NCBI GenBank assembly: GCA_001783805.1
Contig: MFNS01000006.1
Location: 34,095 to 98,094, forward strand
Direction of reading: 5' to 3'
DNA from: Candidatus Levybacteria bacterium RIFCSPHIGHO2_01_FULL_40_16
Lineage (GTDB): Bacteria; Patescibacteriota; Microgenomatia; Levybacterales; UBA12049
DNA: 64,000 nucleotides
In this document: positions 17,449 to 25,631 of the stretch, one piece after another
Layout of the letters: every line of letters begins with the position of its first letter
Position numbering within the stretch: position 1 is the stretch's first letter
Program-made: the position numbers and the translations under genes
Notes under the pieces: model-generated
Seen by the model: only the letters and a program-made list of their open reading frames with translations
Told to the model about the DNA's origin: nothing
Databases searched by the model: none

Positions 17449-17872
17449 CTCTAGGAAGAAGATCCGTTACCCCCTCTTTCTTAAAGAAAGAGGGGGAGGA
17501 AAGTCCAGACAGGCGTAAGGACGGGGATGGAGCGTAAGCTCCGACGCGAAAGCGCTAGTGTTTATACTCTTTGCCCGCATATAGAGTATAAAACAAGTTT
17601 TGAATTAACAAAACTTGAGAGTAACAGAGACGAGCGGGAGTGAAACGCGACAATCCTACCTGCTGCAACTTTCGAACGACACGTTTGAGCATCTTTACGC
17701 AAGTGTCAAAGAAAGGCATCCCGATCGAATCGGGACGTATGTGACTAATTATCACAAACGAGATAGATTACGGCATTGCCTCGCTGAAGCTTCAGCGAAA
17801 GCGGGGATAAAACTCGCCTTCGTATAACTTCGGCGAAGTGAAACAGAATCTGGCTTACTTTCTTCCTAGAGC
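17449..17872 (+). ncRNA. rnpB: RNase P RNA (bacterial type A-like)
   Basis: P1 pairing CTAGGAAGAA/TTCTTCCTAG; P4 strands AGGAAAGUCCAGAC and ACAGAAUCUGGCUUA; GNRA loops (GCGAAAGC, CUUCGG); 424 nt with no credible ORF. Confidence 0.7.
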
Positions 17873-17899
17873 ATTTCTAATTGGTATTGCAGAGCCAAG

Positions 17900-20761
17900 T
17901 CAGACTTGGCAGAGGATTTTGTATTCGCAGTTAATACACAGAACGCTCTTACTGCATTTGAAATCGCTTTTTTCAATCTCGGCAATTTTTTCAATTAATT
18001 CACTTTCCAATTTATCCAAATCTTTTTTCTCAAAGCTCATGGTTTTTTTAGTATTTCCGTCAAGAAAATGCAAAGTTAAAGTTATATCTTTGGGATTTCT
18101 GTTTAAAATTTTATCTTTGACGCGGGTGGCTGCCAAAGCGTAAATTGCCAATTGGAGTTCGTGCGCGGTTTCGGCTTTGGGATTTTCTCCTCCTGTTTTA
18201 TAATCAATAATTTCAATCCCTTTGCCTTTTTTGTCAATGCGGTCAATTTTTCCAAAGACTTTTACCCCGTTTTTTAAAATAAAATTAAACGGGTATTCTA
18301 ATTGCAAGGGTTTTGTCGGTTTACTGCAGTCTGTCTTATAAAATTCTTCCAAAAGTTTGATGCCTTGTGCGAAGCGTTCCTCTTCATGTCTTTTCCCGCT
18401 ATACCCTTCGCTCATCCATTCTTCTTTAAAAATTTTAAGCAATTGCTTAAGAGATGGGGTAGCTCTTTCGCTAATTTGTTTATAAAAATTATATAAAGTA
18501 TTGTGGATAGAGATTCCAAAACTTTGTACAGCCGCAGGTGGGGTGGGAAGATTAAAAATCACTTTAGCTTTATAATGCAGCGGGCAGATATCAAACATTT
18601 GCAAGTTGGAAAAAGTAACATAGCTTATTTTCAAAGGGGGTTTTTCTTCTTGTCCTGCAGTTTCTTCCCGATAAACAGACAGAACTTCAGGAAGAGATAA
18701 TTGTTGAGTCTTGCTCTCAAGTTTCTCCTCCAAAAGATTGGGGAGTGCGTCATAAATAAATGGGGACAATTTTCTTATCCGTTTTCCGGTTCCATAATAG
18801 TCTGCAGCGGTGAAATATAATCTTTCTTTTGCCCTGGTTACACCGACATAAAAAAGCCTGCGTTCTTCTTCCAGATGAAAATCACTTTCCGAGAGGATAT
18901 TCTCTTTGAGAATTCCGTCAGGAAGCGGAATTTTTTCACTTCTTTCCCGGGAAGGGAAACGGTCGGAAACCAGATTTACCATAAAGACAACTTTGAATTC
19001 CAATCCTTTGGAAGAATGTACTGTTAGAATATTTACTACATTTTTGTCTTTAATATCCACATCCGCAGCCGTGGGGCTGTCTCCCATTTGCAGCATCAGA
19101 TTGAGCCATTCGTAAAGAATGAAGATATTGGCATCCGGACGCTCGGTTTCAAAACTTTTTATTCTGTCGAAAAACTTAGCAATATTTTGGACTCGGCGTT
19201 CTTCTCCAATAGAGTTAGAAGAACTAAGTATCTCAAAAAGTTTTGAGTCTATTAAAAAATAATATAGAATCTGTCCGGCTGAATCCTTCTTGCTCTTTTC
19301 CAGATGTCTTACGGCCATCTCTCTAAACCTTATCAATTTTTCTTGGGTGGCTGGCTTTAGGAATGATTGTTCGACATTAAAAAGTGTCTCAAAAAGAGTC
19401 AGATTTTTCCTTTTGGCAAAATTTAAGAGATAATTAAGTTCGACATAAGGAATCTCGAAAACGTCCATGGAAAGAACCCTAAAAAGAGAAACCGAATCAG
19501 AAAGATTGGTGAGAAAAGCAAGATAAGCAATTAAATCTTTGATTTCTTCCTGTTGGAAAAGATACCCCGGGCCCAAGAATTGAAAAGGAATTCTGTGACG
19601 TTGTAAAGCGGTAGTAATCAGTGACGCGTGATTATTTGCTCTGACCAAAATCGCAAAGTCTTTATACTCGTATTTTTTCTCTGTTAAATCCTTAATTGTT
19701 CTGGCTATTTTATCTGCTTCGTCTTCAGATCGTATCTCATGGATTAATTCGATATCTTTTTCAGAAGCAGGAGAATGGCTTTTAAGTTTTTTGTCGATAC
19801 CCTCTACTACTTCCAGACGATTAGGGTTATTATGTTGAATTAATCGGTAGGCAGCATCCAGAATTGGCTGGGTAGATCTGTAGTTATTATTTAGAGTGAC
19901 AACTTTTGCCTTGGGGAAACTTTTTTTAAACTGCAGGACATTTGAAACAGCCGCTCCCCTGAACCTATAAATTGACTGATCATCATCCGCAACAACGGTA
20001 ATATTTTTATCATCTCCGGCCAAAAGTATTGCCAGTTCGTTTTGTGCGTAGTTAGTGTCTTGAAATTCATCAACCAAAATAAATTTGAATTGCTTTTGAT
20101 ATTTCTTTAAAATATTTTTTCTTTTTCGAAATAGCAATAAAGTATTGGAAATAAGATCGGAAAAATCCATCACTCCTTCTTTAATTTTTAGTTCTTCATA
20201 TTTTTTATAAGAATTTGCCAGCTCTAAATATTGCTGTGTTTCTTCTCCCGATTTTTGCTTTTTGACCCATTCAAGATATTCTTTGGGCGAAACGTCCTCG
20301 TCTTTGAGTCTGGAAAAGTGAGTAAGAAGGGCATCTAAAAATTTCGTAGGATTGCCAAGCGGTCTAAAAAGATTGAGTCCGATATTAAAAATGTTTTGAC
20401 GCAAAAGCAATATGGATTCGGCTTCGGAAATTAATTTATATCCCGGATCAAGCCCGATTGCATGCGCGTCCTGACGTAAGATCCTATCGCAAAAAGCATG
20501 AAAAGTGGAAATCCACATCTGGGTATAGCCATAAGGCATGGCAATATCCACACGCTCTTCCATTTCGCGCGCCGCCTTATCCGTAAAAGTTAAAGCCAAA
20601 ATTTGCGAGGAAAGGATATTTTTTTTGAGAATTAAATACTTTATTCTTTCAGTTATGACTGTAGTTTTGCCGGTTCCCGCGCCGGCAATAATTAATAATG
20701 GCCCCTGAAGATGCTTAATCGCTGCAATTTGTTGGGGATTCAAAGCTTTATTCTCCGTCAT
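17900..20761 (-). CDS. UvrD/PcrA-family helicase fused to C-terminal Cas4/RecB-like PD-(D/E)xK nuclease with Fe-S Cys cluster
   Basis: Helicase motifs (GAGTGKTT, DEFQDTN, VGVTRAK); C-terminal DICPLHY ... IDYK ... CINCEYKILC (C-x2-C-x5-C). Confidence 0.75.
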   Translation of the reverse strand: MTENKALNPQQIAAIKHLQGPLLIIAGAGTGKTTVITERIKYLILKKNILSSQILALTFTDKAAREMEERVDIAMPYGYTQMWISTFHAFCDRILRQDAHAIGLDPGYKLISEAESILLLRQNIFNIGLNLFRPLGNPTKFLDALLTHFSRLKDEDVSPKEYLEWVKKQKSGEETQQYLELANSYKKYEELKIKEGVMDFSDLISNTLLLFRKRKNILKKYQKQFKFILVDEFQDTNYAQNELAILLAGDDKNITVVADDDQSIYRFRGAAVSNVLQFKKSFPKAKVVTLNNNYRSTQPILDAAYRLIQHNNPNRLEVVEGIDKKLKSHSPASEKDIELIHEIRSEDEADKIARTIKDLTEKKYEYKDFAILVRANNHASLITTALQRHRIPFQFLGPGYLFQQEEIKDLIAYLAFLTNLSDSVSLFRVLSMDVFEIPYVELNYLLNFAKRKNLTLFETLFNVEQSFLKPATQEKLIRFREMAVRHLEKSKKDSAGQILYYFLIDSKLFEILSSSNSIGEERRVQNIAKFFDRIKSFETERPDANIFILYEWLNLMLQMGDSPTAADVDIKDKNVVNILTVHSSKGLEFKVVFMVNLVSDRFPSRERSEKIPLPDGILKENILSESDFHLEEERRLFYVGVTRAKERLYFTAADYYGTGKRIRKLSPFIYDALPNLLEEKLESKTQQLSLPEVLSVYREETAGQEEKPPLKISYVTFSNLQMFDICPLHYKAKVIFNLPTPPAAVQSFGISIHNTLYNFYKQISERATPSLKQLLKIFKEEWMSEGYSGKRHEEERFAQGIKLLEEFYKTDCSKPTKPLQLEYPFNFILKNGVKVFGKIDRIDKKGKGIEIIDYKTGGENPKAETAHELQLAIYALAATRVKDKILNRNPKDITLTLHFLDGNTKKTMSFEKKDLDKLESELIEKIAEIEKSDFKCSKSVLCINCEYKILCQV

Positions 20762-20781
20762 GTGGCTATTCTAACACAAAG

Positions 20782-21750
20782 TTATGCTTCTAAGCTTTTG
20801 GTGGAATTAATCTTCTGACCGATTTGAGAAAATCCGGTATTAACATTATTGAATTGCGAAGAAGTATTATTGATATGTTTTCCCAAGACCACCATGTTTT
20901 CTTCAACTTTATGAAAATCCACTTGCAGAGCCCGGAGCATTTTAAAAAGATCACGGGATCTGCTTTCTATTTTTTTACCCTCAAAAGCCAAAAGGATTGT
21001 TTGCAGATGCGCGTACAAAGTGGTCGGAGAGACAACGTACACGCGGGATTGTTTGGCAAAATCCATGACATCTAACATGTTAACTAACTCATAATAAACC
21101 GATTCGCTTGGTACATACATGAGGGCAAAATCCATAGTACCTTCTTCGGGTAAGATATATTTTTTGGCGATGTCAGAGATATGTTTTTTAACATCTTTGC
21201 CAAATTCTTTCTGCAAAGCAGAATACTCAGCGCTTTTTACATCGCCTTTTGCCATTCGTTGGAAATTTTCCATTGGGAATTTTGAGTCAATCGGCAAAAT
21301 TCCCGCATCCGTCTGAATTGCCGCATCAACTCTCTCACCGGATTTAAATTGATATTGGATGTGGAAACTATTTTTGGGGAACATCTGGGAAATTAAATCT
21401 TTCAGAACCTGCTCGCCGATATTGCCGCGGAGTTTCGGACTTTTCAAAAAATCTTGAAGTTCTTTCATGCTTCTCCCAATTTCGCTCATTTGCCCGACTT
21501 CTTTTCCCACATCGCGGATCACGGTTGCCGCTGTATCCAAACGTTGGTTAAGTTGTTTGGAATTTTCCTGCAAAGTCTTGACCATGTGAGTTGAGGAAGA
21601 ATCTATACTTGATTGCATGGTCTTGAGCCATTCCAAAAGCGCTCCGTCCGGTTTATTTTTCTGCAAATCCGACAGTTTTTTGTTGAAAAAAAATAAAATG
21701 AGGATAAACCCTAAAATTAAAACCCCAATAACTAAAGGTTCAGCTTGCAC
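20782..21750 (-). CDS. rmuC: DNA recombination protein RmuC
   Basis: N-terminal TM, coiled coil, RmuC core (LRGNIGEQVL, IDSKFPMENF). Confidence 0.7.
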   Translation of the reverse strand: MQAEPLVIGVLILGFILILFFFNKKLSDLQKNKPDGALLEWLKTMQSSIDSSSTHMVKTLQENSKQLNQRLDTAATVIRDVGKEVGQMSEIGRSMKELQDFLKSPKLRGNIGEQVLKDLISQMFPKNSFHIQYQFKSGERVDAAIQTDAGILPIDSKFPMENFQRMAKGDVKSAEYSALQKEFGKDVKKHISDIAKKYILPEEGTMDFALMYVPSESVYYELVNMLDVMDFAKQSRVYVVSPTTLYAHLQTILLAFEGKKIESRSRDLFKMLRALQVDFHKVEENMVVLGKHINNTSSQFNNVNTGFSQIGQKINSTKSLEA

Positions 21751-22026
21751 CCTCTCATTCTACCACAAAATATTTCTTTGAAAATTTCCACCCCAACAAC
21801 TAACAAGTTATTGGCATTCTAATGATAAATATCATTAACGTGTCATGTCGGGAAATAACGTTGATGTCTGCATCGTAGGGATGAATTAGTTTCAATGTTT
21901 TAAAAGATTAAAACCAATTCATTTCTATAGAGAGAGAAATATTTGCAGGTATTAAGATAAAGAATATTATTTTTGCAAGGCGTCCCCTTGCGAAGCTGGG
22001 AAAAATTGGAGTTTGCCTTAGTAATA

Positions 22027-23157
22027 TTAGTCGAAATAGAGCTCTGGGTTAGCAATGATTTTATTCCATGACATTTTTTCCGGGTGGAAGCAAGCATATG
22101 AGCCGATCATCGCGGCATTATCGGTACACAAACTTTTTTCAGGATAAAAAAGTTTAATTTCCAATTTCAAATTTCCAATTTCAAATTTCAAATGATCGCG
22201 GAGCTTTTGATTGCAAGCGACACCGCCGCCCAAAAGAATTGATTTTACCTTGTATTTTTTCGCTGCCCTGATAGTTTTGCGGACGAGAACTTCAATAATT
22301 GATTTTTGGACGCAGGCGCAAATGTCTGCAATGACAGCTTCTTTAAGTTGGGGTCCTGCCGCCAGTTTCCCTCCCGCCAGTGCTCCTTCCAAGCGTTCAG
22401 TCCGCGCTGTCGGGAGCCCTTCCTCTGGCGTCACCCCTCTTTTTAATTTGTTAACTTCGCGCCAGACTGCTGCTTTAAGACCAGAAAAAGAAAAATCAAA
22501 ATCTTTTGAGCCAATCATCGGCCGTGGGAACGTAAAGCGACTAGCAATGCCACGTTCTGAAAGCTTTTCGATTATTGGACCTGCGGGATAAGGTAGATTT
22601 AAAAGCCTGCCGATTTTGTCAAAAGCTTCCCCTGCCGCATCATCTCGGGTTCCGCCCAGCCACTCAAAGTTATTGTAATCTTTCATTAATAACAAATCAG
22701 TGTGTCCTCCCGAAACTAGTAATGTAATTGCCGGAAATTCAATTTTTGATTTTTGATTTTTGATTTTTGATTTTTCGCTAACGAAGTTAGCGAATATGTG
22801 TCCGAGTAAATGATTTACAGGAATTATGGGTTTTTTCCAAAGATAACCTAAAGTTTTTGCAGTTTCAACTCCAATCAGAAGCGATCCAATGAGTCCCGGG
22901 CCTTCGGTTACAGCAATTGCGTCAATGTCTTTAATTTTTAATTTAGAATTATCAATTGCCTTTTCTACTACCGGAATAATGAATTTCAATTGTTCGCGGG
23001 CTGCGATATCGGGAATAATTCCGCCGGTTTTTGCATGGAAAGTTAAGGATGACGCAACAACATTTGCTAAAACTTTAACGTAATTTTCTTTGGGATTTTT
23101 GGAAACGACAGCGGCTGCGGTTTCATCACAACTGGTTTCAATTGCCAAGATTTTCAT
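22027..23157 (-). CDS. tsaD: tRNA N6-adenosine threonylcarbamoyltransferase TsaD
   Basis: MKILAIETSCDETAAAV, HxxGH metal site, Kae1/TsaD fold; two in-frame heptamer-repeat inserts. Confidence 0.9.
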   Translation of the reverse strand: MKILAIETSCDETAAAVVSKNPKENYVKVLANVVASSLTFHAKTGGIIPDIAAREQLKFIIPVVEKAIDNSKLKIKDIDAIAVTEGPGLIGSLLIGVETAKTLGYLWKKPIIPVNHLLGHIFANFVSEKSKIKNQKSKIEFPAITLLVSGGHTDLLLMKDYNNFEWLGGTRDDAAGEAFDKIGRLLNLPYPAGPIIEKLSERGIASRFTFPRPMIGSKDFDFSFSGLKAAVWREVNKLKRGVTPEEGLPTARTERLEGALAGGKLAAGPQLKEAVIADICACVQKSIIEVLVRKTIRAAKKYKVKSILLGGGVACNQKLRDHLKFEIGNLKLEIKLFYPEKSLCTDNAAMIGSYACFHPEKMSWNKIIANPELYFD

Positions 23158-23620
23158 ATTTTACTTTGTCGCCATTTTTAAATTTATATTTTTCAGAGAG
23201 ACCGGCCTGAATTTCTAAAACTTTGTCTGACGGTCCTACCGGAGTATAAATTATTGGACTTTCCTTATTATCTTTTGGAGGTTGAGCATTGTTTTTTATT
23301 TCAACTATCGTGTCGGTCTTAATATAAATTATGTCAATTGGAAATTTCATATTCTTCATCCAAAAAGAATAATAGTCGGGCTTATCGAATAGAAAAATCA
23401 TTCCCTGATCCTGTTGAAGTTCTTTGGTTTCGGACAAGCCTATTTCCCGCTCTTGCTGCGATGCTGCTGCAATTACTCTAAAACTATGGCCAGCGATTGT
23501 TACGGTTGGAGTTTTTTTAAAAAGAGATAATGATCCGCCGCCGGTTAGGTAGTTTTGAGTAAAATACATGGCTCCGGCAACGATAAGCAAAAGCGCAAAT
23601 ACCAATAATACTTTTTTCAT
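23138..23620 (-). CDS. DUF192 family protein
   Basis: Signal/TM then GMIFLFD...FWMKNMKFPIDIIYI, typical DUF192. Confidence 0.55.
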   Translation of the reverse strand: MKKVLLVFALLLIVAGAMYFTQNYLTGGGSLSLFKKTPTVTIAGHSFRVIAAASQQEREIGLSETKELQQDQGMIFLFDKPDYYSFWMKNMKFPIDIIYIKTDTIVEIKNNAQPPKDNKESPIIYTPVGPSDKVLEIQAGLSEKYKFKNGDKVKYENLGN

Positions 23621-24102
23621 TAATTCACATTAATTAATTTCATGTATTTAGTTGTTGAGTGGTTTTGAATTTTTTTGACTGCATAAATAACTTTGCCCTG
23701 AACTAATTTTGCCTGTCTTCTTTTATGTCTCACATATGGGTCGCCTTGGGTAGTCGCAATTATGTCAGGGCGTATTTCGACCATGAGTTTATCATACAGA
23801 TCATTATTTGTCATGTTTTTAAGCATGATTATATAACTAACACTTTCAAGGGAAGATAAGACTTTCGCGCGGTCTTGCTGGGAATTTATTGGCCGGTGTT
23901 TACCTTTTTCTCTTGCGGCTTTACTGTCATCCTCCAGTAATAAGAAGAGATAGTTGGCATATTTTTTTGATTTTTCCAAAAACTTGATGTGGCCTAAATG
24001 CAATATGTCAAAAAATCCGCCAACAACAACAATTGTTTCGTTTAATTTTCTAATTTTTTTTGCGATTTCGATAGCTTCTTTTATATCTAAGATTTTTTTC
24101 AC
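23620..24102 (-). CDS. cytidylyltransferase-like protein (RfaE domain II / heptose-1-P adenylyltransferase-like)
   Basis: GTG start; GGFFDILHLGHIKFL (HxGH) and KGKHRPI blocks. Confidence 0.5.
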   Translation of the reverse strand: MKKILDIKEAIEIAKKIRKLNETIVVVGGFFDILHLGHIKFLEKSKKYANYLFLLLEDDSKAAREKGKHRPINSQQDRAKVLSSLESVSYIIMLKNMTNNDLYDKLMVEIRPDIIATTQGDPYVRHKRRQAKLVQGKVIYAVKKIQNHSTTKYMKLINVN

Positions 24103-24159
24103 AATTTTTAATTTTCAATTTTTAATTTTCATTGAAAATTTTAAATTTCAAATTTCAAA
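24103..24159. repeat. A/T-only heptamer-like repeats with 8-bp palindrome (AATTTTCA-tt-TGAAAATT) between convergent genes
   Basis: aattttc aattttt aattttc attgaaaatt ttaaatttcaaatttcaaa. Confidence 0.5.
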
Positions 24160-25611
24160 TTAGTTTTCCTTTGTACCCCTAAGAAAAATAGATTGCCAGG
24201 GAGCGTAATTTGAAATAAAGGTCTCCGAGATAATTTTTTTACCATTTTTCATTACTTCCCTTGCGAAAGAGGCTCTTGATCCTTCCGCACTGAAATCTAT
24301 TTGTTTTACTGTTCCCTTTGGCAGGGTTGGATCATCTTGGTATAGATCCGGGGGCGGCGGAACTCGGTTGGTAATTACCGGCTGAGTCAGGGTAACTTCT
24401 CTTCCGTCTTTAGTACCATAAAGAAAAACTGAGAGTCTTTGCTCTTCCAGATCGATTTGAGTTTGTACAAGGATGTAGTTACCGGTATCATTTTTGAATT
24501 TTAAGTCGACGCTCGGGACAAAAACAGTAGCATCCAGTCCTGGCAGACTGTCCTGCTCATAATACCCAACCCGATACGCGTGAGCATGCCTCTCCGTAAT
24601 TGGAACCCCCGCATTGAGAATTGCTCTGAAGAAAGTGGTTGATACTTGACAAATACCTCCTCCATCACCAAGCACTGTTTTGCCATTTTGGATAATATAG
24701 GCTTGTTGGTAGCCTGTAAAGGAAGAAACATCGCCCAAGGCTTTGGCAAAAGAAAATTCTTCATTGGGGGCAATTAGAACTCTATTTATTCTGGATGCGG
24801 CCAGGGTAATGTTGAATATTCTCTGAGGTATTGAATGCTGAAAAAGAGAAGTTCCCGTTCCAATCAATTCTTTTATGCCCAAATTGTTTGCTTTATCCGT
24901 AGTTATTTTAGGCGAAAAAGTTTTGATGGTAACCGGAATAACTATTTCTTGAGTTTTTTGTACTAACAATACCTTTTCAAATTGAGCTCTCAAATCTTGC
25001 TTAACTTTCTCCATATCAACCGCTTTGCCTTCTTCAGACGGTTTGAATGCCAGGACTTTTCCGTTTTGAAAAGTGAAAAGCGCATCAACGGGTTCCTTAT
25101 TCACCTTTTCTATAAATGGGGTCAAGGTTTTATTCAGCATGTCTTCGGAATAGCGGTATGCCGGCTGCAAATTTAATCCATTAAAGTATGCCTGAAAAGC
25201 AATGCTAATATTAGAGAGAAATTCATGGGATTTTCCCAAGCCTATTGCCTGCTGAGCAATGAGCTTTTCATCATAGCCAAACTTCAAATCTTTAGCTGAA
25301 ATTGTCGCTATATTCTCCGAAAGTGAAAATGTAAATTGAGTATTTTCAATAGTCTCGTTTCTCTTAGCAAACAATTCCTCGACTTCCTTTTGAGTAGATC
25401 CTCCTACGTAGATGTTATTAAACGTTATTCCCGGATAAACAACGCCGGCGTTCACCTTTTCATAGATAATAAATGTAAAACTTGCAAATAAAAATGCTGC
25501 CAAGACTGCTCCGGTAATAAACCAAAAGCAGGCTTTCATAATGCGTGTAATAATTTTTTTCCGGATTTTTAATTTTTTAGTTTGCTTCATTTGATATACT
25601 ATAGCTGACAT
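24160..25611 (-). CDS. VanW family protein (membrane-anchored)
   Basis: N-terminal TM; VanW core GDGGGICQVSTTFFRAILNAGVPITERHAH. Confidence 0.65.
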   Translation of the reverse strand: MSAIVYQMKQTKKLKIRKKIITRIMKACFWFITGAVLAAFLFASFTFIIYEKVNAGVVYPGITFNNIYVGGSTQKEVEELFAKRNETIENTQFTFSLSENIATISAKDLKFGYDEKLIAQQAIGLGKSHEFLSNISIAFQAYFNGLNLQPAYRYSEDMLNKTLTPFIEKVNKEPVDALFTFQNGKVLAFKPSEEGKAVDMEKVKQDLRAQFEKVLLVQKTQEIVIPVTIKTFSPKITTDKANNLGIKELIGTGTSLFQHSIPQRIFNITLAASRINRVLIAPNEEFSFAKALGDVSSFTGYQQAYIIQNGKTVLGDGGGICQVSTTFFRAILNAGVPITERHAHAYRVGYYEQDSLPGLDATVFVPSVDLKFKNDTGNYILVQTQIDLEEQRLSVFLYGTKDGREVTLTQPVITNRVPPPPDLYQDDPTLPKGTVKQIDFSAEGSRASFAREVMKNGKKIISETFISNYAPWQSIFLRGTKEN

Positions 25612-25631
25612 ATTATACTAGATATTGCCTT

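Noticed and set aside
17555-18143. Track ORFs 17555-17755 (-), 17615-17827 (+) and 17838-18143 (+)
   Set aside because: The first two lie inside the RNase P RNA; the third is antisense to the helicase gene. None has a protein signature.
22743-22777. CRISPR array? (regular short repeats)
   Set aside because: Repeat unit is 7 nt with no spacers; arrays are A/T-only and sit inside coding sequence. No cas genes, leader, or repeats of 28-37 nt with unique spacers anywhere in the window.
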